Shown here in pieces: positions 48,913 through 57,785 of a stretch of 64,000 nt of DNA. Every line of letters starts with the position of its first letter. Within the stretch, counting starts at the first letter, position 1. The notes beneath the pieces were generated by a model, which was not told the origin of the DNA, searched no databases, and saw only the letters and a list, made by a program, of their open reading frames with translations. This DNA comes from a virus (Duplodnaviria > Caudoviricetes), in IMG/VR virus record IMGVR_UViG_2751185828_000002, one strand, 5' to 3'. The position numbers and the translations under genes are program-made.

Positions 48913-49520
48913 TTCGAGCCCACTTGACCGGCACCGCGCCCGAGATGTCCGTGTACTGGAAGAACCTGTCAGGACCGCCTCCCGGCAGCTTGCGCAGACG
49001 CCCCGAGCCGTCCGATTTTTTCAGCGACAGCTTGCGCGTTCCGGCCCGCGCCGAGGACACGATCGACAACTCGCACGATCCTTCGCCGCCATCGCCCGCC
49101 GTCCTGATCTCGATCTTGTTGACCCAGCCGCGCAGCCGCAGCACAGGGCTGCCGACCGCCTGCATCGTGACCGGGTTGATCACGAGGCGATGGATTTCGA
49201 CAGGTGCCTGGCGCACGTCATAGCCCCGGATTTCCATTTCGACCTCGGGCGCAAGCGGCGACAGGCGCGCCTTGGTGGTGCGCACGTCGGTGCCGACGCC
49301 GGCCCGGATGGGGATCGACGGCGATCAGGCTGCCGGCCCCGTAATAGGCGCGGGTCTGGCCGTCGACCACGACGTCCTGGTGATCATCGCCTGTCCACAA
49401 GCCGAGCGTCTGGACGGCATTCGTGGACCGATTGCGGCCGCTGATCCAGACCAGCAGGTGCGGCATGATCGGCTGGCGGGCGGCCAGATGGTTGGTGAGG
49501 GCGGCGGGACGTGCTTGCAC
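48909..49520 (-). pseudogene. Tail hub (gpL-like) protein with frameshift(s)
   Basis: An extra base in the G-run 49310-49313 breaks VDP-IRAGVGTDVRTTK. A probable missing base at 48919-48921 removes the WGSK-stop that would couple to the next ATG. Confidence 0.6.
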
Positions 49521-49524
49521 CGGA

Positions 49525-50187
49525 TCACCTCAATGTCTGCTGGATGCTGAACGACACGCCCTCGACCAGCCCACCGCTGCGGAGCGAGCCCGCCTGATAG
49601 CTACCGGGCTCGATTTCCATCTTGCAGGCGGGCTGGATCAGCGAGACCGCCGCGTCCACGACCGCGCCCGGTCTGATTGGCGGCACCACCTCGATGTTCG
49701 GGGTAATGCCCGAGGCATTCGCCTTGACACTGGCATTGACGATCTGGTGCAGCGCATAGCGGATCGGTGACGTGCCATAGGAAAACGCCAGCAGATCGCC
49801 CCGCTGCAGCATATAGCCGCTCGGCAGGCCCTTGAGCGCCAGTTCGCGACTGTTCGACGAAAGGGCCGAGATGCTGGGCGCCGCGCTGCCGAGTGCCGTT
49901 CCCGCTGGATCGTTGCGAGGCGCTTGCCGCATGGGATCGGAGGCCATGAACGATCCAGCGCCGCCCCGCAGCAGGTTGATGAGCGGCAGCACGGCCGCGG
50001 CTTCGGCAGGGATCATCGGTCCCAGCCGCACCTCGGCCGCCCACAACCGCGCGGCGCGCTCGGCCCGCAGTGTCTGACCGCCCCGCGTCCGCGAGGAGGT
50101 CACGGCCTCACGCGGATCGAAGATGCAACTGGAAATCGGCAACAGTCCCCAGAACTGCGCATGGGTCAGCGGAAACGACAGGGCCAT
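49525..50187 (-). CDS. Distal tail (Dit-like) protein
   Basis: 220 aa; position after the tape-measure remnant; RLWAAEVRL and LQRGDLLAF motifs. Function is inference. Confidence 0.55.
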   Translation of the reverse strand: MALSFPLTHAQFWGLLPISSCIFDPREAVTSSRTRGGQTLRAERAARLWAAEVRLGPMIPAEAAAVLPLINLLRGGAGSFMASDPMRQAPRNDPAGTALGSAAPSISALSSNSRELALKGLPSGYMLQRGDLLAFSYGTSPIRYALHQIVNASVKANASGITPNIEVVPPIRPGAVVDAAVSLIQPACKMEIEPGSYQAGSLRSGGLVEGVSFSIQQTLR

Positions 50188-50546
50188 CAGAGCTGCCTCG
50201 GGTCGGATTGAAGCGCACGCAGCCGCTGCGGCAGCCTGTCATCGTATTCCCGGATCGCTTGGGCCAGGGCATCCTTGTAATCGGCAACGACATAGTCGGG
50301 CGGGTCCCAGCGGTGCAGCTGATAGCGGGCGATCGCGGTTGCCCAGGTCCGCACCAGGTCGGGCACCTGCGGGAACGGCAGCTGGTATCGCCCGGCCAGA
50401 TAGCCATCGACGATGTTGTCGGCATGAACCAGGGCAGCCCCGATGACCTCGGGATCGGGGATCAGATCGCCGTCGCGATCGGCAACCTGGACGATCTCGT
50501 CCATGCCGGCGCGTTCGACCAGATCCTCGAGGCTCGCATAGGTCAT
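50187..50546 (-). pseudogene. Mu gp36-like (DUF1320) protein fused to a foreign C-terminus (deletion scar)
   Basis: MTYASLEDLVER...IVDGYLAGRYQLP...IARYQLH...YKDALAQ is gp36; the following AIREYDDRLPQRLRALQSDPR does not fit gp36. Confidence 0.65.
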
Positions 50547-50549
50547 GGG

Positions 50550-50789
50550 TCAGTCGTCCAATGAAGGTTTGACCGGGGTCTGCCTGGGCAGCCGTGCAAC
50601 CGCGCGGTTCACAGCCATGAAGCCTTGCTCGATGTGGGTCCGGCCGACAGACAGCCAGCGCTGATCGATCGAACCCAGTCGGGCAAGCTGGTCCAGTTGA
50701 TGCAGGACAGCCTCTTCGAGGCGGCCGTTTTCGGCGGTGATGCGCAGCGGGTCGTTACTCGTCGGCCAGCCCTCGGGGGAAATGGACAT
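50550..50789 (-). CDS. Acb2/Vs.4-like anti-CBASS sponge protein
   Basis: 79 aa; EEAVLHQLD...DQRWLSVGRTHIEQGFMAVNRAV matches the recalled Acb2 C-terminal helix RWxxIAxTxIQxGxMALxRA; RBS GAAGGA. Confidence 0.65.
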   Translation of the reverse strand: MSISPEGWPTSNDPLRITAENGRLEEAVLHQLDQLARLGSIDQRWLSVGRTHIEQGFMAVNRAVARLPRQTPVKPSLDD

Positions 50790-50852
50790 TGACGGATTGA
50801 TCCTTCGATTGCGGGGGTTGGCCGGGCGGGTGCCACCGCCCGGCCGGGTCGG

Positions 50853-51323
50853 TCACTTGCCGCGCTTTTTCGGCGCGGTGTCGGTGACCTCGCCGCCGGC
50901 GGGATCGGCGGTTTCCGGTTCGGCGGTCGTGGCGGCGACGGCCAGATCGTCCCGTTCGGCTTGCACGGCAGCCAGCTGGGCCTTCAGGCTGTCCCGTTCG
51001 GCCTGCGTTTCCGACAGCTGCAGCGCCAGCTCGTCAGCGCGGCGGCGTTCGTTGTCCAGCTCGGCCGTGGTTTCGGCCATCGCCTCGGCAACCTTCTGGC
51101 CGACGAGGGTCTCGGCCATCGCCCGCGCCTTCTCGTGCAGCACGGGGTCTTCGCCGGCCTGCGCGTCGCCAAGGTCCACCTCGGGCAGGCCAGCGAGGGC
51201 GCCCAGCTCGACCAGCTGCAGTGCGACGCTCATGGTCACTTCGACCTGGTCGCCGGCCTTCCGGTCCTCGCCATCAAGCTTGACGGGACCGGTCAGCGTC
51301 ACGGTGATCTTGCGGTTCGGCAT
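50853..51323 (-). CDS. Head-associated protein with coiled-coil C-terminus
   Basis: VTLTGPVKLDGEDRKAGDQVEV...LQLVELGA N-terminal motif directly after the capsid gene. Confidence 0.65.
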   Translation of the reverse strand: MPNRKITVTLTGPVKLDGEDRKAGDQVEVTMSVALQLVELGALAGLPEVDLGDAQAGEDPVLHEKARAMAETLVGQKVAEAMAETTAELDNERRRADELALQLSETQAERDSLKAQLAAVQAERDDLAVAATTAEPETADPAGGEVTDTAPKKRGK

Positions 51324-51334
51324 GATCAGTCCCC

Positions 51335-52288
51335 TCAGGCCGCCGGCGCGCCGGCCGACTGGAACAGGAACCCGGCGTCGGCACCAACAACATAGGGGCG
51401 GCGCTCGACCGTTGTCGGGTAGATCCACGACTTGGTCGGCCGGTCGTAATAGGGCTCCTCGACCTGCGGATAGCCCTCCAGCTCGTAGGTATAGCCGTAG
51501 GACGGCGCGCCGTAGGCCTGGCCCTGCTGGGGCACATAGGCCAGGATCGCGTCATCACCCCAGATGTCGGTCGCGGCGTCGGTATCCAGAGCGGTCTCGG
51601 GCAGATAGACGCCCTTGCCGACCACCACCTTCTCGACATCGAAATACGCCGCCAGCATGTCGACGGTGATGCTTTCCTTGGTGGTGTACTTGAACTGCTC
51701 GCGGACCGACGGATGGTCGACCAGCGCGTTTGCAGCGGTCGGGCCGAGCTGCAGCACGTTCGGATAGCGCCCGATGTTGCGGCGGATCACCTCGCGCGCG
51801 GCGCGGACGTCCGACAAGGGCTTCGAGGTCGCCGAGGTCCAGCGCGACGTGCCCGCCAGCGCAGCCCTGTTCGAGGCGGCATAGGTATTGACGTCGCGGG
51901 CGATGCGCGCCGCTTCGTATTCTAGGCCCAGGTCCACGACACCCATGACCATGTCGATGGCGCCGGCGCCCAGGTCCACACCCGGCGCGCCCTCGGCTTC
52001 CTGCTGGTGCTCGACCGGCACCACGCCTTCCAGCGCGTCCTGGACCAGGCTGATCGGGTCCGAGGCGTAGCCGTACTGCACGCGCTTGACGTTCGCGCCC
52101 GGCGCGCGCCGGGTCGAGATCATGCGAAAGCCTTCCTTGCCGAAGCGGATGACCCGCATGTTCCGGCTGGGCACGGGCACGCGCGGGAACAGCGCCTGCG
52201 AGACGAACTCGAGGTTGCGATAGCCGCGGGCATGGGTGGACAGGATGGCGTCGACGACGCCGGCGGTGCGGGTATTCAGTGCAGGCAT
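51335..52288 (-). CDS. Major capsid protein (Mu-like prophage, gpE-family)
   Basis: VDAILSTHARGYRN...LFPRVPV...FGKEGF...PSYGYTY; follows protease and cement genes. Confidence 0.85.
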   Translation of the reverse strand: MPALNTRTAGVVDAILSTHARGYRNLEFVSQALFPRVPVPSRNMRVIRFGKEGFRMISTRRAPGANVKRVQYGYASDPISLVQDALEGVVPVEHQQEAEGAPGVDLGAGAIDMVMGVVDLGLEYEAARIARDVNTYAASNRAALAGTSRWTSATSKPLSDVRAAREVIRRNIGRYPNVLQLGPTAANALVDHPSVREQFKYTTKESITVDMLAAYFDVEKVVVGKGVYLPETALDTDAATDIWGDDAILAYVPQQGQAYGAPSYGYTYELEGYPQVEEPYYDRPTKSWIYPTTVERRPYVVGADAGFLFQSAGAPAA

Positions 52289-52301
52289 CAGCCGTTCTCC
52301 T

Positions 52302-52640
52302 TCAGCGGACCAGGACGAGGACGTAGCCGCCTGCGGTGGCGGCATTCAGCGCGCGGCCCAGCGGGTTCGCCGGGGTTGCACCCGCTGCCTGGACCGTGCC
52401 GGGGGTTGCCCCCGAAACGACGATCTGGCCAGCGGTGATGACGCCCGCCGCCTTGCAGCGGAATGCCCCGATCGCGATGACGGCAACGGCGTCGCCGACG
52501 GCGGCAGGGTTGCGGGCCCAGCCTTTCACCGGAGCATCAACTGCGGCGACAGGCGCGTCATTGAAGCCGACCAGGTCGCCCTCGGCGATGGGGGCCGTCG
52601 CGACCGCGGTCAGCGACAGGGTGTCGTGGAAATGGTTCAT
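52302..52640 (-). CDS. DUF2190-like capsid cement protein
   Basis: 112 aa; ATAPIAEGDLVGF...AAGVITAGQIV...LGRALNAA. Confidence 0.75.
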   Translation of the reverse strand: MNHFHDTLSLTAVATAPIAEGDLVGFNDAPVAAVDAPVKGWARNPAAVGDAVAVIAIGAFRCKAAGVITAGQIVVSGATPGTVQAAGATPANPLGRALNAATAGGYVLVLVR

Positions 52641-52650
52641 CGGGCGTTCC

Positions 52651-53781
52651 TCAGGCCTGCACCGCTTTCACGGCGTCGAGATACGGGGTGTCGGGGTGCT
52701 TGGCCTGCCAGGCGAGCGCGCGGGCGTGAACATCGGCGTTCGCGACCTGCTTGCCGTCGGCCGAGAAGCTGGCCGGCGCGGCCGCGTCATCTTCGAGGGC
52801 CGCGGCGCCGAACTGGACCACCACGGGCTGGGCCTCGAGGATCGCACGCAGGCGGGCCACCGGGTCCGCCTCGGCCGAGAAGGACGCAGCGCCTGCGCCG
52901 CCCAGGTCATCCAGCAGGGACGCGACCTGGTCGCGGCTGGCGGGCAGCAGCTTGCCGCCGGTCACCAGGCCTTCGGCGAACGAGACGTTGTCGGCATGGC
53001 GTGCTGCGGCCTCGCGCTCGGCGATCGCCGCCGCGCGGGCCTCGAGTTCGGCCTCGCGGGCAGCGAAGGCCGGATAGGTTTCGGTGGGATTGGTCATCGG
53101 ATTGTCCTGGGTGGTGGTCGGGGCGGTTTCGGGAACGGGCGCGGCCGGCGGCGCAGGCTCGCTGGCCGGGGCGGCAAAGCGTGGCGTCGGGCGCATGTCC
53201 TCCTCGAACTGGGAGAGCCATTCGATCTCGAAGGTCGGCAGCACGCGGTCCGCGTCCTCGATGCCGAACTTTTCAATGAAGAAATCCCGCAGGCCCCGGA
53301 ACAGGCCGCCGGCCGCGCGACCCACGCCGAACTCGGCCGAGAAGGTCACGGCGGCGTCGGGGTTCCCGGCGAACTGCACGTTCCGCAGGCCGGACACGGC
53401 GGGGGCCGCGGCGCCCAGGAAGCCGACGTGCTTGGGATACCAGGTTCCCGGGACCGGGTTGGCGGAGTGTTCGGGGCGGAAGAAGGACAGGCTGACCTTC
53501 TTGTACCGGCCGGACTTCACGGCGTCCGAGAATGCCGGCTCCATCTCGCCGATGTTGGCGTACAGCCGCTCGGCCGAGGCGTCGAAGTCGAAGCTCTGCA
53601 CCCAGCCGAAGGCCGGGGCATCGGTCACGGGATGACCGACGACGATCGGCGCGGGGGCGGTTTCGGGATCATAGCTGTCCGCCACCGCGCGCAGGTCGGC
53701 GGCGGTGAACGACAGGGGCGCGCCTTCCATCGGCGTGAAGCGGCCGGGGCGGAAGACTTCGATACGGGCGATTGCGTTCAT
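52651..53781 (-). CDS. Mu gpI/Z-like protease-scaffold
   Basis: IEVFRPG, APIVVGHP...PAFGWV, YKKVSLSF, YPKHVGFLGAAAPAVSGL, followed by an Ala-rich scaffold. Confidence 0.85.
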   Translation of the reverse strand: MNAIARIEVFRPGRFTPMEGAPLSFTAADLRAVADSYDPETAPAPIVVGHPVTDAPAFGWVQSFDFDASAERLYANIGEMEPAFSDAVKSGRYKKVSLSFFRPEHSANPVPGTWYPKHVGFLGAAAPAVSGLRNVQFAGNPDAAVTFSAEFGVGRAAGGLFRGLRDFFIEKFGIEDADRVLPTFEIEWLSQFEEDMRPTPRFAAPASEPAPPAAPVPETAPTTTQDNPMTNPTETYPAFAAREAELEARAAAIAEREAAARHADNVSFAEGLVTGGKLLPASRDQVASLLDDLGGAGAASFSAEADPVARLRAILEAQPVVVQFGAAALEDDAAAPASFSADGKQVANADVHARALAWQAKHPDTPYLDAVKAVQA

Positions 53782-54044
53782 GGGGGCGTCCAGGCGAAAC
53801 TGTCCGCCGACACCTAGTCCGTCCCGTGACGGCCCTGCGACTGGACCCAAAGTCCGCGCCTCAGGCCTTCCTCGCGGGCACGTTCCGCGCCCCGGCCGAT
53901 CCAGACCAGCATCTAGCGCCCACGGCAAGCCCCCAGATGCACCGCACAGCGTTTTTAACGGTCGGTTAACAGGGGGGAATCGGTTTTCAGGTCACCTGAC
54001 AGCCGACAGAGGCGCGCGGGGCCTGTGCGGCGATTTTTTCGGAA

Positions 54045-54644
54045 TTAGTCTCCCAGCCAGTCGGACGCGATCCGAATGACCTCCGCCTGGTCCTCGGCCG
54101 AGAAGCCCAGGAACGGGCGCGCCGGCATGCTGATCTCGTGCGCCTTGATCGCCACCTTCTCGGCCAGGTTCGCCTTGGGCTGTTCCTTGCGGCCCTTCAG
54201 CGGTGCAAAGCGGTTGCTCAGCTTTTGGGGCTTCCAGCTGACGTGCCGATAGATGACGCCTTCACGCGCGGGCTTGTTGATCGTCCCGCCGAATTGGTGG
54301 ATCGCCGCATACGCCTTGGGGGTGCCGATTGTGACCTGGTCGTTGCCGACCTTGAGGTTGATCGATGCGCGCAGCCCCGACCGGGTGTGCCGGGTCAGGA
54401 TCTGGATCGGGGTGAAGCGCTTGCGCTCCCGCTCTCGGATTGTCGCGGGCTTCAGCTTTGCCCATTCCGCGCCGTCGGGGCCGGCCTGGGCGGCGAACCG
54501 ATCGCGGACAGCGTTCAGCAGATGCTCGCCGACGTTCTGCAGAAAGCCCTGGTGGTTATCCATCCGCTCATAGAGTTCCGCCAGCCGCGTCTGCGCAGCG
54601 GCGTCGTCCAGGGTGGCGTCAAAGGTGATGCGCGTGCCGGCCAT
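54045..54644 (-). CDS. Phage virion morphogenesis protein (Mu gpG-like)
   Basis: RFAAQAGPDG..WAKL, IGTPKAYAAIHQFGG, MPARPFLG. Confidence 0.9.
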   Translation of the reverse strand: MAGTRITFDATLDDAAAQTRLAELYERMDNHQGFLQNVGEHLLNAVRDRFAAQAGPDGAEWAKLKPATIRERERKRFTPIQILTRHTRSGLRASINLKVGNDQVTIGTPKAYAAIHQFGGTINKPAREGVIYRHVSWKPQKLSNRFAPLKGRKEQPKANLAEKVAIKAHEISMPARPFLGFSAEDQAEVIRIASDWLGD

Positions 54645-54731
54645 GGTAAGCTCCTTGCCAGGATGAACTTCTAGGGCTACATTCTAAAAGCCGGGGCGAA
54701 AGTGAGTGTCCCACCGGAAAAGCAAACCGGC

Positions 54732-54759
54732 GAGGCGGCGTTGGCACTGTCGCCGCCTC
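54732..54759 (-). other. GC-rich hairpin overlapping the stop codon of the MuF-nuclease gene
   Basis: On the - strand: GAGGCGGCG-ACAGTGCCAA-CGCCGCCTC (9-bp perfect stem, 10-nt loop); no poly-U tail follows. Confidence 0.7.
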
Positions 54760-56335
54760 ATTTTCTGCTTCTGCACCAGATGAGTTTTCCTGAACGCTTG
54801 GGCTTCAATGCTTGCACGTTAGGACCTTTCCTGTCGGCAGAAATATGCGTCGTATTCGGCGACCACCATTTCCCGGCAAGCTCAAAACCCGCGACCAATC
54901 CGTGAGTCTCCCCGTCGATCTCGGCCACACGCACATAGGTGCGGCCCACGATCATCCGTCCAGCGTCGTCGCGACGAACCTGCAGCCAGATTTCGTCGGG
55001 ATCGAGAATGGCGTGTGGCAGCCAGGGGGTGAAGCTGGTGCGATCACGCTTGCCAGTTTTCGACGTCCCGTCGCGCTGTCGAAAAAGGTCGGCCGAGATG
55101 GCGATCCGATGGCCTGCCACATCTTCTACCAACCGTTCCTGGTCCATGGCACTGAGGCCGAAAGCATTCAGGAACTGCGCGGCCGCTTCATACCCCTCTT
55201 CATCGAAGCCGAATGCCGGATCGAAAGAGGCAAAGTCGAAGACCGCAGGCTGGGGCGGCAAGGGGCGCCGCGCCGCAATCAGCTGATCCAGTGGCGAGGG
55301 CTGGTCGATCGCGACGATACTCTTGCCCGCGCGCTCTGTCCCTTCCTTGATCAGCACCGACGGCACGAGCCCCTTGGTCCAGTGATCGCCCGGCGCATAA
55401 TCCCAGCCGTATCCCACGCCGTCGGGCTGATCGATCACCTTGCCGGTCTGGCGATCGACGATCGGCCGGGTCCGGGTTTCCGGCGCCAGGTCCGGCCCGG
55501 TCTTCTTCAGACGCGCCAGATCGCGCTCGGACAGGGTCCGCACGCCGCAGCTGCACAGCCAGTCGTTCGGGGGAAAGTGGACGTCCCACCAGGGATCGTC
55601 GTGCATCAGCACCAGCCCGTCCCAGGACACATGCTGGGGGCGCGGGTTCAGCGGGGTGCCGTTTTCGCCGTGGCGATACTGCCAGTAAGGCCGCATCTTC
55701 ACGACTGCCGGCGCGCGCATCTGCTTGAGCCGACCCGCCATGTAGCTGGTGCGCAGGTTCGTCTCGAAGATCGTTCGGATGCGCCACTCACGCCCGCCGT
55801 TGTATGACCAGCCGTACTTGTCCACGATCTCGTCGAACCGGGCGGCGAAGGCGTCCCGATCCCAGTCGGTGGCTGCCTGCTGAACTGCTGTGAAGAAATC
55901 ATCCAGCATCGCCGCATCCTTGGCCCCGGCGATGACGAAAGCGCGGTCGTGCTGGCCGCGCATGAGGTCGGTCCAGGTGTCGGTCTGCTGGGGCTGCTTC
56001 TGCTTCAGGAAGGCCAACTGCTCGTCGAAGCTCTGCCCGATCCCTTCGGCCTCGCCGGCAAAGCCCGCCGTCTCGGCCAGCTCGTCGAGGACCTCGCCCC
56101 GGCCGGTCAGCGCCATCAGCTCGAGCGCCTTGCCGATATGATGCGCCTGGGCATCAGGCGTCCAGATCGCCGCAAGTTCCAGCAGGTTCCGCATCGCCTC
56201 ATCGGCCCCGTCGGCAAGAACGGCGGTGCGGACCGCTCGCAGCCTGGCTTCACCGATCGGCGCCAGCAGTGCGATCAGCTGGTCGGCGGCGCGCCGAACG
56301 GGATGGTCCGCCTCTGCAAAACAGACATGCTTCAC
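54758..56335 (-). CDS. Mu gpF head morphogenesis protein with C-terminal PBECR2-like nuclease domain
   Basis: RAFVIAGA, IFETNLRTSYMAGR, RPQH.SWDG..L..DDPWW...FPPNDWLCSCGV (MuF); C-terminal ILDPDEIW...RTYV...KRSGKLIW (PBECR2, recalled). Confidence 0.8.
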   Translation of the reverse strand: MKHVCFAEADHPVRRAADQLIALLAPIGEARLRAVRTAVLADGADEAMRNLLELAAIWTPDAQAHHIGKALELMALTGRGEVLDELAETAGFAGEAEGIGQSFDEQLAFLKQKQPQQTDTWTDLMRGQHDRAFVIAGAKDAAMLDDFFTAVQQAATDWDRDAFAARFDEIVDKYGWSYNGGREWRIRTIFETNLRTSYMAGRLKQMRAPAVVKMRPYWQYRHGENGTPLNPRPQHVSWDGLVLMHDDPWWDVHFPPNDWLCSCGVRTLSERDLARLKKTGPDLAPETRTRPIVDRQTGKVIDQPDGVGYGWDYAPGDHWTKGLVPSVLIKEGTERAGKSIVAIDQPSPLDQLIAARRPLPPQPAVFDFASFDPAFGFDEEGYEAAAQFLNAFGLSAMDQERLVEDVAGHRIAISADLFRQRDGTSKTGKRDRTSFTPWLPHAILDPDEIWLQVRRDDAGRMIVGRTYVRVAEIDGETHGLVAGFELAGKWWSPNTTHISADRKGPNVQALKPKRSGKLIWCRSRK

Positions 56336-57029
56336 GCCGGCGGCTCCCCGGCCTCCCGCGGCGCCGGCTCGGGCATGGGGACTACGACAGGCGCGCCCTT
56401 GAGCGCCGCGCGCCCCTCGACCAGCTTGCGCAGGGCCGCCTCGCTCAGCCCTTCGACAGAAGCGAGGTGCGGCAGCAGTTCCAACGCGATCGCGTCGTCC
56501 TCCACATTTGCCAGGAACGACAGGGCGTCGCGCAGGGCCGCGGTCCGCGCCTTGTTGGTCTCGGCCTTGGCCTTGCCGACGCTGGCCGTCTCCAGTTCGT
56601 TCTCAGGCCGCGGGCGCCACACATTCGGAACGCGCGCACCGGGCAGGTTGTAATCGACGATCCAGGCGACCAGCGACTGCCGCAGCGTGGCCGACAGCAG
56701 GTCCGCGTCGCTGTCAACCAGAAGCTCGAGGATCTCGGCGTGGGTTTCCGATGCCGCACGAGAGCCGTTCGCGCCGATGTCCGTGGTCAGCGTCTCGCCG
56801 GTGACGCAGATCGCGATCTCTTTATCCCAGTAGGCCAGGAAGTCGCTGTAGGTCACCGCCCCGGATCGGGCCGCCTCGAGGAACTTGACGTCGGTGCTGA
56901 CCGGGACCACCACGGCCGAGGAACTGCGGATGTTCTCGAGCGTGTTCAGCAGGCGAGTCTGCTCGGCCGTCAGCTGGCCATAAGGCGACTGCGCGATCGG
57001 CGCGGCGGGTGCAGCGGCGGCTTTCGTCA
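56332..57029 (-). pseudogene. 3' fragment of Mu gp29-like portal (DUF935)
   Basis: FLAYWDKEIAICVTGETLTT...GSRAASETH...DADLLSATL...LVAWIVDYN is the DUF935 C half; upstream of ~56990 the frame no longer resembles portal. Confidence 0.8.
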
Positions 57030-57093
57030 TGCAGCCTTCACCCTCGCGCCCCGAAGGTGGTAGGGCGATCTGCGGTATGGAAAGGGCGCGATG

Positions 57094-57714
57094 ATGTGCA
57101 ATCTCTACAGCAACAAGCTGCCGCGAGATTTCATGGCGACGGTGTTCCAGGCGGCGGATCGCCTGGGCAACTATCCCGCCGCCGAGGAAGTCTATCCCGA
57201 CCGCGAGGCCGTGATCGTGCGGAACGGGGCTGAGGGCCGGGAACTGGTGCGCGCAAGGTGGGGCCTTCCCTCGCCCCCCGCCGTCTTGAAGACGGCCCGC
57301 GATCCGGGCGTGACCAACGTGCGCAATACCGCATCGCCGCACTGGCGGCGCTGGCTCGGGCCGGAACATCGCTGCCTTGTGCCCCTGAGCGCGTTTTCCG
57401 AGCCGGGGCGCGATGAGCAGGGCAAGCATGTGCCCGTCTGGTTCGCCCTGACGGGCGGCCAGCCTGCGGCCTTTGCTGGGATCGAGGTGCGCGGCTGGCG
57501 ATCCGTCCGCAAGGTTCGCGACGGCGAGACGACTGACGATCTGTTCGCCTTTCTCACGACCCAGGCCAATGCCGAGGTCGCGGAAATCCACCCCAAGGCG
57601 ATGCCGGTGATCCTGACGGAACCGGAACACTGGAATACCTGGCTGCGCGCCCCCTGGGCCGAAGCGCAGGCTCTTTGCCGGCCCCTGCCAGACGGATCAC
57701 TGAGGCGGCTCTAA
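57094..57714 (+). CDS. SOS response-associated peptidase (SRAP/YedK/HMCES family)
   Basis: Starts MCNLY (Cys2); RWGL, TNVRN, RCLVP..AF.E, IHPKAMPVIL. Confidence 0.95.
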   Translation: MCNLYSNKLPRDFMATVFQAADRLGNYPAAEEVYPDREAVIVRNGAEGRELVRARWGLPSPPAVLKTARDPGVTNVRNTASPHWRRWLGPEHRCLVPLSAFSEPGRDEQGKHVPVWFALTGGQPAAFAGIEVRGWRSVRKVRDGETTDDLFAFLTTQANAEVAEIHPKAMPVILTEPEHWNTWLRAPWAEAQALCRPLPDGSLRRL

Positions 57715-57768
57715 CCTCGCGTCACGCAAGGCCAAGGGCCGGAGGGGGTAGCTAAATCTTTGATTTAT

Positions 57769-57785
57769 TGGCTCCGGCGGTAGGG
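57769..57785 (-). other. tRNA 3'-end fragment, probably tRNA-Asn (att direct repeat)
   Basis: The - strand reads CCCTACCGCCGGAGCCA (T-stem 3' side, acceptor stem, CCA); no rest of a tRNA upstream. The Asn identity is recalled from alphaproteobacterial tRNA-Asn ending GGAGCCA. Confidence 0.65.

Larger units (their letters stand above)
39290..57029 (-). mobile_element. Remnant of a Mu-like (transposable) siphovirus prophage: head and tail-tip modules
   Basis: Gene order portal (DUF935) - MuF - gpG-like - protease I/Z - capsid - gp36 - tail tip. Portal is 5'-truncated; terminase and transposase are absent. Ends not precisely defined. Confidence 0.85.

Noticed and set aside
57769-57785. Functional tRNA gene
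   Set aside because: Only the last 17 nt are present; upstream sequence cannot form the D, anticodon or complete T arms.
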